Virus record (IMG/VR): IMGVR_UViG_3300043364_000002
Coordinates: 34,419-98,418 of that record
Length of the DNA stretch: 64,000 bases
Strand: one strand, 5' to 3'
From: a virus
Taxonomy: Duplodnaviria; Caudoviricetes
Below, one piece after another: positions 38,598-46,595 of the stretch (the first letter of the stretch is position 1; each line of letters opens with the position of its first letter). The translations under genes were made by a program, and so were the position numbers. The notes under the pieces are model-generated. The model was not told the DNA's origin. It did no database searches and was given only the letters and a program-made list of their open reading frames with translations.

Positions 38598-38987
38598 TTA
38601 TGCCGACAACGCCTCAGGTAGTTTGGCGACCTGCAATTCCACCGAGAACGATCGGTAGTAGTCGTTCCAGGTGACGCTCAGAACGGCAGCGTTGCCCGGC
38701 AGGTCGCGCACTTCCTGGTCGTTGTTGGAGCCAGCGTGAACAGCCCAATCACCACCGGACACGTGAAGCCTTCCACTTAGTTCCATGGTTTCGAGGTTGA
38801 GCGCGTAACGCCGCCCGCATTCGAAGTCGTGGACAACCATCGGCGATACCGTGTCGGTGAACGTTACCGACTTGGGGCAGCGCTGCGTTGTGCCCGTATC
38901 GGCCTTGATGGCCGGCCAGATCTTGCGGAAGCCGGGAAGAAGCGTCTCGATGTCGGCTAGCTTGGCGATTCGGAAGGTCTTGTTCAT
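38598..38987 (-). CDS. Hypothetical protein (cassette P3)
   Basis: Start ATG 38987 is fixed by promoter spacing. Confidence 0.7.
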   Translation of the reverse strand: MNKTFRIAKLADIETLLPGFRKIWPAIKADTGTTQRCPKSVTFTDTVSPMVVHDFECGRRYALNLETMELSGRLHVSGGDWAVHAGSNNDQEVRDLPGNAAVLSVTWNDYYRSFSVELQVAKLPEALSA

Positions 38988-38995
38988 GTCCTGGG

Positions 38996-39015
38996 CTATT
39001 GCTAGCGCCGTGCCA
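38996..39015 (-). promoter_or_regulatory. sigma54-type promoter P3
   Basis: Identical to P2, ATG 13 nt after GC. Confidence 0.8.
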
Positions 39016-39048
39016 GCCACGGCTGGGCCGTTAACCGATTCTATGCAT

Positions 39049-39214
39049 GGGCAATGTAATTTCTGTTCAGTGAACTGTCCGGTGGCCGTACGAGTGTCAC
39101 GTTACAGGTGTCCGCTGACACGGCCGTCATCGGACAAATCGTTCAGTACCCTTAACGTGCCGTTCAGTGGTCTAGCCTTCTTGGGTGGCGGAATAGTGGC
39201 CAGGGCAATGTTTT
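39049..39214. promoter_or_regulatory. Candidate shared enhancer region
   Basis: TGTCCG at 39076 and 39109, CGGACA at 39131, GTTCAGT three times, GGGCAATGT at 39049 and 39203. Confidence 0.5.
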
Positions 39215-39230
39215 TGGTGTTCTGGTAGGC

Positions 39231-39250
39231 TGGCACGCTGCTCGCAATAG
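39231..39250 (+). promoter_or_regulatory. sigma54-type promoter P4
   Basis: TGGCACGCTGCTCGCAATAG, ATG 13 nt after GC. Confidence 0.8.
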
Positions 39251-39258
39251 CTACCGAT

Positions 39259-39456
39259 ATGGAAACGACAACGACGAAGCTCGAAGAAGCCGCACAGGAA
39301 TTGGCCAATGAAACCGGCTGCCCCATCACGGTGGCTCGCGCTGGAATCCGCATGGAACTGGCACGCTGCCTCGCCGGAATCGGCGCCATGACGCCAGAAC
39401 AGGCTAACCAATACCTCGCCGACTGCGGAATTCCGGTTCAGCTGGTTCGCAAGTAG
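39259..39456 (+). CDS. Hypothetical protein (cassette P4)
   Basis: 65 aa, no SD. Confidence 0.65.
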   Translation: METTTTKLEEAAQELANETGCPITVARAGIRMELARCLAGIGAMTPEQANQYLADCGIPVQLVRK

Positions 39457-39460
39457 ACAC

Positions 39461-39480
39461 TGGCACGGATCACGCAATAG
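39461..39480 (+). promoter_or_regulatory. sigma54-type promoter P5
   Basis: TGGCACGGATCACGCAATAG, ATG 13 nt after GC. Confidence 0.8.
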
Positions 39481-39488
39481 CCTAAGCC

Positions 39489-39707
39489 ATGAACGCCGAC
39501 ACGAAACTGGTCCTCCTCTTCAACAAGTGCTGCGACCCCTCACGCGCGGCCCGCGTCCACGCGCCCGAGTGCGCCATGGTGAACACCGCCAAAAACGGCC
39601 GGCGCGTCTCCAAGGAAGAGGGGACGCTGGCCGAACTACAGGCGTCAATCGACGACCTCAACGAGCGCGAGTTCCCGGTCAAGTTCTGCAAGTGCTGCAA
39701 GGCATAG
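39489..39707 (+). CDS. Small Cys/His zinc-binding-like protein (cassette P5)
   Basis: VHAPEC...FCKCC. Confidence 0.65.
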   Translation: MNADTKLVLLFNKCCDPSRAARVHAPECAMVNTAKNGRRVSKEEGTLAELQASIDDLNEREFPVKFCKCCKA

Positions 39708-39708
39708 T

Positions 39709-39728
39709 TGGCACGGATCACGCAATAG
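39709..39728 (+). promoter_or_regulatory. sigma54-type promoter P6
   Basis: Identical to P5, ATG 14 nt after GC. Confidence 0.8.
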
Positions 39729-39737
39729 GAGTCAGAC

Positions 39738-39956
39738 ATGAAGACGACGAAAAGCGGTTTCCAGGTTGGCGCGACGGTGGCTTTCAACGCTGACCTCGCG
39801 GACATGTTCCCGAGCTGCATGAACACCATCTGGACGGTCGTCGATTGCCGCCTGTCGCCCGTGTTCGGGTATACCTACACGCTCTCGGAGCCGAACGGCT
39901 CGCTCGAGAACGTCTCGGCGGATGACCTCCGCGAAGTTGGCACGCCGCGCGCATAA
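39738..39956 (+). CDS. Small SH3/KOW-like protein (cassette P6)
   Basis: FQVGATV...WTVV...YTL...VSADDLREV pattern. Confidence 0.6.
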   Translation: MKTTKSGFQVGATVAFNADLADMFPSCMNTIWTVVDCRLSPVFGYTYTLSEPNGSLENVSADDLREVGTPRA

Positions 39957-39957
39957 G
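39938..39957 (+). promoter_or_regulatory. Degenerate sigma54-type promoter P6b
   Basis: TGGCACGCCGCGCGCATAAG, GG-N10-GC, ATG 39966 is 13 nt after GC. Confidence 0.65.
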
Positions 39958-39965
39958 GAACGAGC

Positions 39966-40124
39966 ATGGACATCAACAAGATGAATCGGGCCGAGCTGGA
40001 AGTAGCGATCCTCGAAAACGACGTCCCCTGCGACCCGAGCAAGGTTATCAAGATGACGGACGACGAGGTCCGCGCCTTCCTCGCCGCCTGGATTGAAGCT
40101 GGCGACGAGTGTGCCGGCTGCTGA
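39966..40124 (+). CDS. Small acidic protein, 52 aa (cassette P6b)
   Basis: Not in the ORF track. MDINKMNRAELEVAILENDVPCDPSKVIKMTDDEVRAFLAAWIEAGDECAGC. Confidence 0.65.
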   Translation: MDINKMNRAELEVAILENDVPCDPSKVIKMTDDEVRAFLAAWIEAGDECAGC

Positions 40125-40144
40125 GCCGTGGTAGACGGGATCCC

Positions 40145-40378
40145 ATGGCAATGGAACGAGCGAAGGTAGTCGCGGCGCTTGTAGACGAGCGCGCCTATGA
40201 CGGCGCCACGACGCCAGTGGAGCGCGCCAGGCTCGTGTCCGGGCTGACGTGGCAGGCGTTCGACACGGCGGCGCTGGAGCTCGCCAGGGCGGGCGCGATC
40301 GTGCTCCTGAAGGGTCCGTGCCGCTATCCGATTGTCGATGCCGGCGGGGTCGCTTACGCGCGGGCTGGACTCGTGTGA
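40145..40378 (+). CDS. Small winged-helix-like protein
   Basis: RLVSGLTWQAFDTAALELARAGAIVL pattern. Confidence 0.45.
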   Translation: MAMERAKVVAALVDERAYDGATTPVERARLVSGLTWQAFDTAALELARAGAIVLLKGPCRYPIVDAGGVAYARAGLV

Positions 40379-40483
40379 CCATATAACAAGTGTACCGGTC
40401 AGCTGTCCGGTTAGGTTTACACTTGTCCGGGTCGTGCCGTGTAGGTAACCGGCCTGGGCAATGTTTTAGAGAGATCCGGCCAC

Positions 40484-40503
40484 TGGCACGATGCTCGCAA
40501 TAG
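40484..40503 (+). promoter_or_regulatory. sigma54-type promoter P7
   Basis: TGGCACGATGCTCGCAATAG, ATG 40512 is 13 nt after GC. Confidence 0.8.
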
Positions 40504-40511
40504 TTCCCCTC

Positions 40512-40682
40512 ATGCAAATCAAAACTCGCTGGTCAGACCAAATGATTCTTGAGGCTGTCAAACTGGGTCAGTTCATGACGCGTCCCGCGCTGGACCGAGC
40601 TTTTGAGCTGATTGACCTCGGTTACATCGATGCCGCGGGCACTTGGAAGCTCACCGCTAAGGGTGAGGAGGCGGCTGGGTGA
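40512..40682 (+). CDS. Small winged-helix protein (cassette P7)
   Basis: ELIDLGYID...WKLTAKG motif. Confidence 0.6.
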   Translation: MQIKTRWSDQMILEAVKLGQFMTRPALDRAFELIDLGYIDAAGTWKLTAKGEEAAG

Positions 40683-40897
40683 GCCCCCGTTTCGGGGCGT
40701 GGACGATTGTGCAGCGGCGCGTGTTCTCGCCTCACCCGAGCGGCCGCGCCGTGCGCATGTCGTATCAGGTACATGCGATCCACGACGACGCCGACCCCCG
40801 CGTGGACTTCTGGTCCGCGCGTGTGCCTGCTGGGCCGAACGAATTCCCAACTCAAGCACAAGCGGACATTGAGGCGTTGCGCTTTACTGCGAGTTAG
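40679..40897 (+). CDS. Hypothetical protein
   Basis: GTGA-coupled with GAGGAGG RBS. Confidence 0.5.
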   Translation: MSPRFGAWTIVQRRVFSPHPSGRAVRMSYQVHAIHDDADPRVDFWSARVPAGPNEFPTQAQADIEALRFTAS

Positions 40898-41122
40898 TGG
40901 AATACAGCGTGCCCTACGGTCGCTGGGACATATAGGCGCATGAACTTCCAAAAGAAGTCCCCCGACGACCGCGCGTGGGGCAACGGACATGGGGCTTTCA
41001 GCGGTCGTCTGTCCGGCCACGTGTCCGATTATGTCCGGGTGAGGCGGATACAGTCGATGTAGGCAAGCCTCGATTCGCCACTACGGCCAAGCGCTTCACT
41101 CGCCGGATGCTCTTAATCCTGT

Positions 41123-41142
41123 TGGCACGCTGCTCGCAATAG
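41123..41142 (+). promoter_or_regulatory. sigma54-type promoter P8
   Basis: Identical to P4, ATG 13 nt after GC. Confidence 0.8.
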
Positions 41143-41150
41143 TCCCCATC

Positions 41151-41459
41151 ATGCAAACGATGACGATCTCCGGATACGTGGTTCAGGACAACCGAGGCAA
41201 CGAGCGCATGACCGCAAAGGCGCTTCGCGTCACGATCGACGAGGTCAACGGAGACGACCGCCGCGCCGCCGATTCAATCTGGCTCGCCAAGTCGCTTTGC
41301 ACGAACCTGCGCACAGAGAAGCGCTTCTACGAAGACGGCAGCCACTGGTATGCGTTTACGGCCGAGGTGCCAGCGTGGTGGGTTTTGAGCAAGCTCGACT
41401 TCCGCGCCGCCTGGGAGATCGCCGGCTACACCCGCCCGCCGTCGCCAGTGGGGCTGTAA
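41151..41459 (+). CDS. Hypothetical protein (cassette P8)
   Basis: TAKALRV...IWLAKS...EVPAWW small beta-barrel pattern. Confidence 0.65.
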   Translation: MQTMTISGYVVQDNRGNERMTAKALRVTIDEVNGDDRRAADSIWLAKSLCTNLRTEKRFYEDGSHWYAFTAEVPAWWVLSKLDFRAAWEIAGYTRPPSPVGL

Positions 41460-42135
41460 CCCTCACTCCTCCGCCCGCTTCGGCGCCGTGCTCACGATGA
41501 CGGCGTCGAACCGGCGGTGCGCAGCGATGTCGTTCGGCGCGCTGGCGGCGCAGTGCTGCTGGCAACTCTGGCAGACGACGCAAAGCCGAGCTTGCTCGCA
41601 CCGGATGCACTTCGATGGTCGGAGCGGCATGGTGGGGAGGCTACCGCCATCTTTGGGCCGGCGGCAAGGGTCGGATGTCACTCTCTCCTCCGGTACCGAT
41701 CGTAGCAAACCGCACACGCCGGTACGCTGTCGCCCATGTGAACGACGGCAGCTCGGACGCCGCAACAATAGCAAGGCGTTTCAGGCTTCAGCTTCACCGC
41801 GCCGTCGAGTCGTTCACCGGTCTCCTGCTTGCGCGTCGTTGGCGGACCGATCGGCCTAACGCGGTACGCGTTTAGCTCCGCGTCGAAGACGAGTTCGCGC
41901 TTTGAGCGCCGGCAGCGGGATCGTCGGCGGGATCATCCAGACCTCCCGCAAGTCGGACACCGCACCGTCAACCCCATCAGCCGCGCGTGCGTCTTGCAGA
42001 GCCCATCGCGGAACGCACGGTTGCGACAGCGTCGGCGGTCGCCTTCGCCGAAGACGTCGGACTTGCAGCGATCGGATTCGCGTCCTAGGCGCATCCAGTA
42101 ACGCGAACCGAATTGGGGGATGTGCGGATCGGAGG

Positions 42136-42645
42136 TCATTCTGAGTTTCGGCCGCGAGCGCCTTCGGCAATCCACTTCGCTACGAGCTTGACATCATCAT
42201 CGGCCCAGTAGCCTGTTTTTCCGCCTTTCGGCATTTGATTTGCGTACTGGTATTGCCCCTTCAAAACCTGCACGAGGATCGACTCATCCGGCTTGCCTGG
42301 TATCACGATGCGCGTCCCGCTCGACCCGCCGCCCATGCGCAACGTGCCGAGCGTCTCCAGATTGAGTCCGCCGAGATCGACGCCAAGGTGGCTTGCTGCC
42401 GAGGCATAGTGGCAACTGGCGCACCCGCGAGGAACATCTTTCGGCCCGCGGTTCATCAGCGGCCGGATGTCGTCGCGAAAACTAACGGTGCCCGGAGGCT
42501 CGGCATCGTCACCGCCTTCAGCGGCGCCACCGTCATCGGTCGCGGCGTCGCTGCCGAGCTCGACGCGCCACTGGCCGACATTGGGGTCGAGTTCGGAACA
42601 GCCCACAGCCATCATCGCGATCACGGCAATTCTTGAGCTTTTCAT
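42136..42645 (-). CDS. Lipoprotein with planctomycete-type cytochrome c domain
   Basis: Lipobox MAVGC, VSFRDDIRPL, CASCH heme motif, GGLNL, IPGKPDESIL, MP, WIAEGA. Confidence 0.85.
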   Translation of the reverse strand: MKSSRIAVIAMMAVGCSELDPNVGQWRVELGSDAATDDGGAAEGGDDAEPPGTVSFRDDIRPLMNRGPKDVPRGCASCHYASAASHLGVDLGGLNLETLGTLRMGGGSSGTRIVIPGKPDESILVQVLKGQYQYANQMPKGGKTGYWADDDVKLVAKWIAEGARGRNSE

Positions 42646-43178
42646 GGGTCTTTATTCTCACATCCCGCCGGCGGCGTCGACGGGCACGCGTCGCCATTGC
42701 GGCACGCCTCCGCAATGTCCTCGCTCGTCAGGCAGTTGAGTGACTCGTCGGTGCTCTTCGCCGCCATGATGGCGCGCGGGTCGGCCACGTGTTCGAGCCC
42801 CATCGCGTGACCGAGCTCGTGCGCCAGTATGGTGCTGAGCGGGTCGACGGTGATGTGATCCATCAAGATCACGATCTTCGTCGGTTCGAGCAGACTGCGA
42901 ATGCAGGCGCTCTGCTCGTGAAAATGCTCCTTGAAGTACGGGTCGATGTTGCCAGCGCCGCGCGAGTCGCTTCGGATGATCATGTTTCGGTCGGCCGCCA
43001 CGTCGGAGAACTTGATTCCGAAGATGAGATCGCGGTGCAGCCCCGTCGGCCCCCACAGCGCGGCGCCGAAGCGGATTTGCTCGGACTCTTCGGGTGTGAA
43101 TCTCGAATCTACGTAGTAGAGTTCTGAAAAGCACGCCGTGCAGAGGATCGCTTGCAGCGCCGCGATCAGAATGCGCAT
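42642..43178 (-). CDS. Matrixin-like (metzincin) metalloprotease lipoprotein
   Basis: Lipobox LCTAC, HELGHAMGLEH zinc motif, AIM Met-turn. Confidence 0.85.
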   Translation of the reverse strand: MRILIAALQAILCTACFSELYYVDSRFTPEESEQIRFGAALWGPTGLHRDLIFGIKFSDVAADRNMIIRSDSRGAGNIDPYFKEHFHEQSACIRSLLEPTKIVILMDHITVDPLSTILAHELGHAMGLEHVADPRAIMAAKSTDESLNCLTSEDIAEACRNGDACPSTPPAGCENKDP

Positions 43179-43186
43179 CACGCCGC

Positions 43187-44038
43187 TCACGGAAATTCCG
43201 CGCACGACATCTCGGCGTACGGATACGTATCATTGTTGTTATACGCCTCAACGTGGAGCCACCAGAAGCCCTGAGCTGAATAAATCTGAACCAGGGCATC
43301 GTCAAAGTTGCCCTGAAGACGCGTGAGACCGCAGAATGTTTTAGCTGTGCTGTGCCCTTTCGTTGTCTGGCCTGGCCCAGCGACATAGGTACGCCAGATG
43401 TTGAACGCCCGATTGGGATGAAGACACTTGACCCACGCAGCGAGCGCTGGAGTTCCAATCACTCTCAGCTTCCACATGTTCACAACGGGATCGATACTCA
43501 CAGACTCGACCAGATTCGGGTCGTCCTGCCCGCCAGTAGAAACGCCACTGACACCCGTTATCCAGCAGAAGTTGTCTGGGTAGGGAAACAGATTGATCTG
43601 CTGATCGACGTGCGATCCGCCGGCACTCTCCGGCCAATAGAGCTGGAACGGGTTCACGTCATCCGAGCCGTACGCGCCAGCAGGTAACAAGTAGTTGTGG
43701 AAGGCTTCACATCGCGCCCCAGCCGATGCGAACTCGCCACCGCCATATCCGCCTTGTGGTGAGGCAACGAAGTTGCCCGGCAACACAAGAAACGTCGCTC
43801 CGCTTTTTGGTACTTGATTCGGCCAATTCGGAGATCCAGCATGCGCGAGCGACGCCTGGAAGTACGTCGGTCTGCAAAACTGAAACGACGACGCTGGGAT
43901 CGATCCGTAACCGTTCGTCGTAGTGTAGTCGAGCGTTAGCTCCTGTGATTTCTCGTCCGGCGGCTCGCTGGCTTGGTCGGCGTTGCCGCATGCGATGGCG
44001 AGCAGGGTGAGAATCAAAAACATCAGGCTTCGTTTCAT
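43187..44038 (-). CDS. Lipoprotein (paralog of 34300-35100)
   Basis: MKRSLMFLILTLLAIAC lipobox, shared FC.PT.F.A..AHAGSP, CW..GV.G.S.G and GN.DD motifs. Confidence 0.75.
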   Translation of the reverse strand: MKRSLMFLILTLLAIACGNADQASEPPDEKSQELTLDYTTTNGYGSIPASSFQFCRPTYFQASLAHAGSPNWPNQVPKSGATFLVLPGNFVASPQGGYGGGEFASAGARCEAFHNYLLPAGAYGSDDVNPFQLYWPESAGGSHVDQQINLFPYPDNFCWITGVSGVSTGGQDDPNLVESVSIDPVVNMWKLRVIGTPALAAWVKCLHPNRAFNIWRTYVAGPGQTTKGHSTAKTFCGLTRLQGNFDDALVQIYSAQGFWWLHVEAYNNNDTYPYAEMSCAEFP

Positions 44039-46393
44039 GATTGGTTTGCTTCCTTCTCCCGCCCCTGTGATTCCAAACTGGCCATGCGGGCCTCGAGCTC
44101 CTTCACCTTCGCCTCTAGTCGGTCGACGCGGTCCTTCGGCGACGGGAACGTGCACGTGCAGTGGTCGTCGCCAAGCGCAGCTGCCCCCATGCACTGCGGG
44201 TAGCCGTATTTCTTGGTGCAGTTCATCGCTGTCCTCTGCCCGGATACGGCCCAGGCGCCGCAACCGGAAACCGCCCGCCGTGGTCGGCGCACACCGGGTC
44301 TCCGCGTCCGACGAACCACGCGCACGGCTTGCCGCATCCGGCGTAGCAACAGACGCGGTCTTCGACGCGACGCTTTGCCCAGTGAAACATGCAGTAGAGG
44401 TCGATCGCGCCAGACGGTTGCCAGCGGCAGAAATCGCAGCGGTAGGTCATCGCGTCGACTCCGTAGGCCGCTTCGGCGCCACGCGGCGGCTTCGGTTAGG
44501 CGTAGACAGCGCAAGCTCAAACGGCCAGCCAGCGCGGAAACGGTACTTCATCGTCTGATACTGAACGCCAGCGGCACGGGCCATGTCGCTCACGGCTAAG
44601 CCGTTCCAAAACAGTGCCGGTGGCCGCTGTCGCATGAATCGACACGTCGCCGCGCAGACCTTCTTTCGTGGGCGATTCTTGTTCACCTTGAACGAGGCTC
44701 CACACTGGCATCGCCGTTCAGCGACGACGATTGCTTCGCGCTTCTTGTATGCCTTGCGGCATCGCGCGCGGTTCGACGCGCGGCCCTTCGATGTCTTGTC
44801 CCACCATCGGCCGTACGCTGACCACTCGGCGAGCCGGTTGCGGTAGATGGCTTCCATGATGGCCTCTGTCCGTTCGGCGAAGCGCTGGTCGAATTCTGCT
44901 TGAACGTCTGCGGCCAGGTTCTTCCAGCTCATTCGACGTCTCCGATATCCCAAGCAGGCGATTCCAGCGGCACGATTCCCGTCCAAGCCTCTGCGTTCTT
45001 CAGCGAGTACCGGAGCTGGGCAGACACAATCGTGTGGGCCACGAGTGGCAACGCAGCAGCGCATGCGTTCACGGCTGGGCCTACGCCGTTCTTGATGGCC
45101 CGCTCGGCATTGCGGCGACCTTTCGCCATCAGGCGCGCACGCCTCTTCGCCGTCGCCTTCAGCTTCTCAGCGCGATCACGCTCCCAGTTCGCATGGTGGG
45201 CAGCTCCAACGTTGTGCGCGGCGCTTAGCTCCGCCTTCTCTGTCTCGATGGCGTAGTGGCGCCAGCGCTCAACGAGCGGTTCGAAGACGCAGCGCTCGAG
45301 CTGGATGAACGCGATGAACTCGCAGTACGACGGCGAGTTGCGGTCAGGCTCCCAGTGGAAAAAGTCGAGCTCGTCCGGAATACCGAGGGCGTATCGTTGC
45401 CCAGGACGCGGCGACAACGTGCCTCGGCGAATCCACCCAGACGCCTCGGCTGCCCTTAGGAGAGCGCGGGACGGGTCAGGAAGCGTGATGACGGTCAGAT
45501 CGTAGCCGTGCGCGCAGCCAGACCAGCACTTCTGGCACCACGCCCGGAAGGCGGCGTAGTGCTCCGCCCGAAGCGCCAGCGACGCGACGATGCTTTCGGC
45601 CTGCGTCATCGCCTCTCCTCCGTCTTCTTCTTCGCGCACTCCCCACACACCGAGAGCCAGCCTTGACCAGGCGAGAACCGCACGGCGGTCGCGACGGCGT
45701 TGCAGCCGCCCCAGTCGCAGGTGTGAGTGGGAGGATCGCTGGGAGGCGGGCCGTGGGATTGCCAGTTGGACCATTGCGCCAACGCCTTTCGCCTCGCGCA
45801 ATCCGGCGCGTGCTCTTCCGACTCCCGCGGCGGAGGCGGATCGGTACCGAAGATCGCTCGCCACCCGTCGGCGTTCCACTCGATTGGGTCCCACTGATGC
45901 CCGCAGCACCAGCACACGCCGAGCAGGCGGTTGATGTCGCAATCGCGACAACGGCCGTCGGGGCTAGAGCCTGGCTCTTCGCCGCAGTCGACGCACGGCG
46001 TGAAGGCTTCGCTCACTTCCGCCTCGCTTTCCGCGCCGGATTCTCCGCCGCACGCAGCAGTCGGTCAATCTCCGCGGCGATGAGCGCGCCGGCTTTCTCC
46101 AGCAGTCGGATTCGTTGAGCCGGCGTTGTGGTTTCGAGAATCAGCACGTTGCCGTTGTAGGGGCGCTTGTCGAAGCGCTCGTCCCACGGCCATGGGTCTC
46201 GATAGGTCGTGCCGGCGGCAAAGTCGCGGCGCACGAAGATCGGCTCAGGCGCCGCATAGCACGCTGCGGCCATAGCGATGTCGTCGCCGCCACCAGCGTC
46301 GTCGTGCTCGGACGAGTAGCCCTCTTCAGCTACCTGCCGCGCGCGCTCTGCTGCGATGCGCTCGGCGCCGGAGAGAGAGTCGACGCGGGTCAA
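44035..46393 (-). other. Run of coupled hypothetical genes (44035-44226, 44223-44450, 44447-44932, 44929-45609, 45606-46016, 46013-46393)
   Basis: ATGA/GTGA overlaps, several Cys-rich. 44447-44932 ends in an HTH. 46013-46393 has the common phage IAAERARQ..EG...EHDD motif. Confidence 0.6.
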
Positions 46394-46545
46394 CGCAGCA
46401 CCCTCGAATCCGCCGCCGCCTGACCGAGTGTGCTTCCAGTGTGCTTCCGGTTGGTACCGGTTGCTGCATTTACAGCGGTTTGCGACGCGTCCGAACCTAC
46501 AGTGTCGGATGAAAGCGTAACCAGTAACGCAGCGAAACTATTGAG

Positions 46546-46590
46546 TGGGCGGACTCGGGATCGAACCGAGGACTTCTGGCGTGTAAAGCC
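46546..46590 (-). mobile_element. attP core: 3' half of tRNA-Val(TAC)
   Basis: GGC-TTTACAC-GCCAG-AAGTC-CTCGG-TTCGATC-CCGAG-TCCGCCCA, 5 nt downstream of the integrase stop. The 5' half is absent. Confidence 0.85.
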
Positions 46591-46595
46591 TGCTG

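Noticed and set aside
38204-41142. 20-bp repeats as a CRISPR array or integron attC sites
   Set aside because: Spacing is 230-640 bp and filled by ORFs, the repeats are not palindromic, they occur on both strands, and no cas or intI gene is present.
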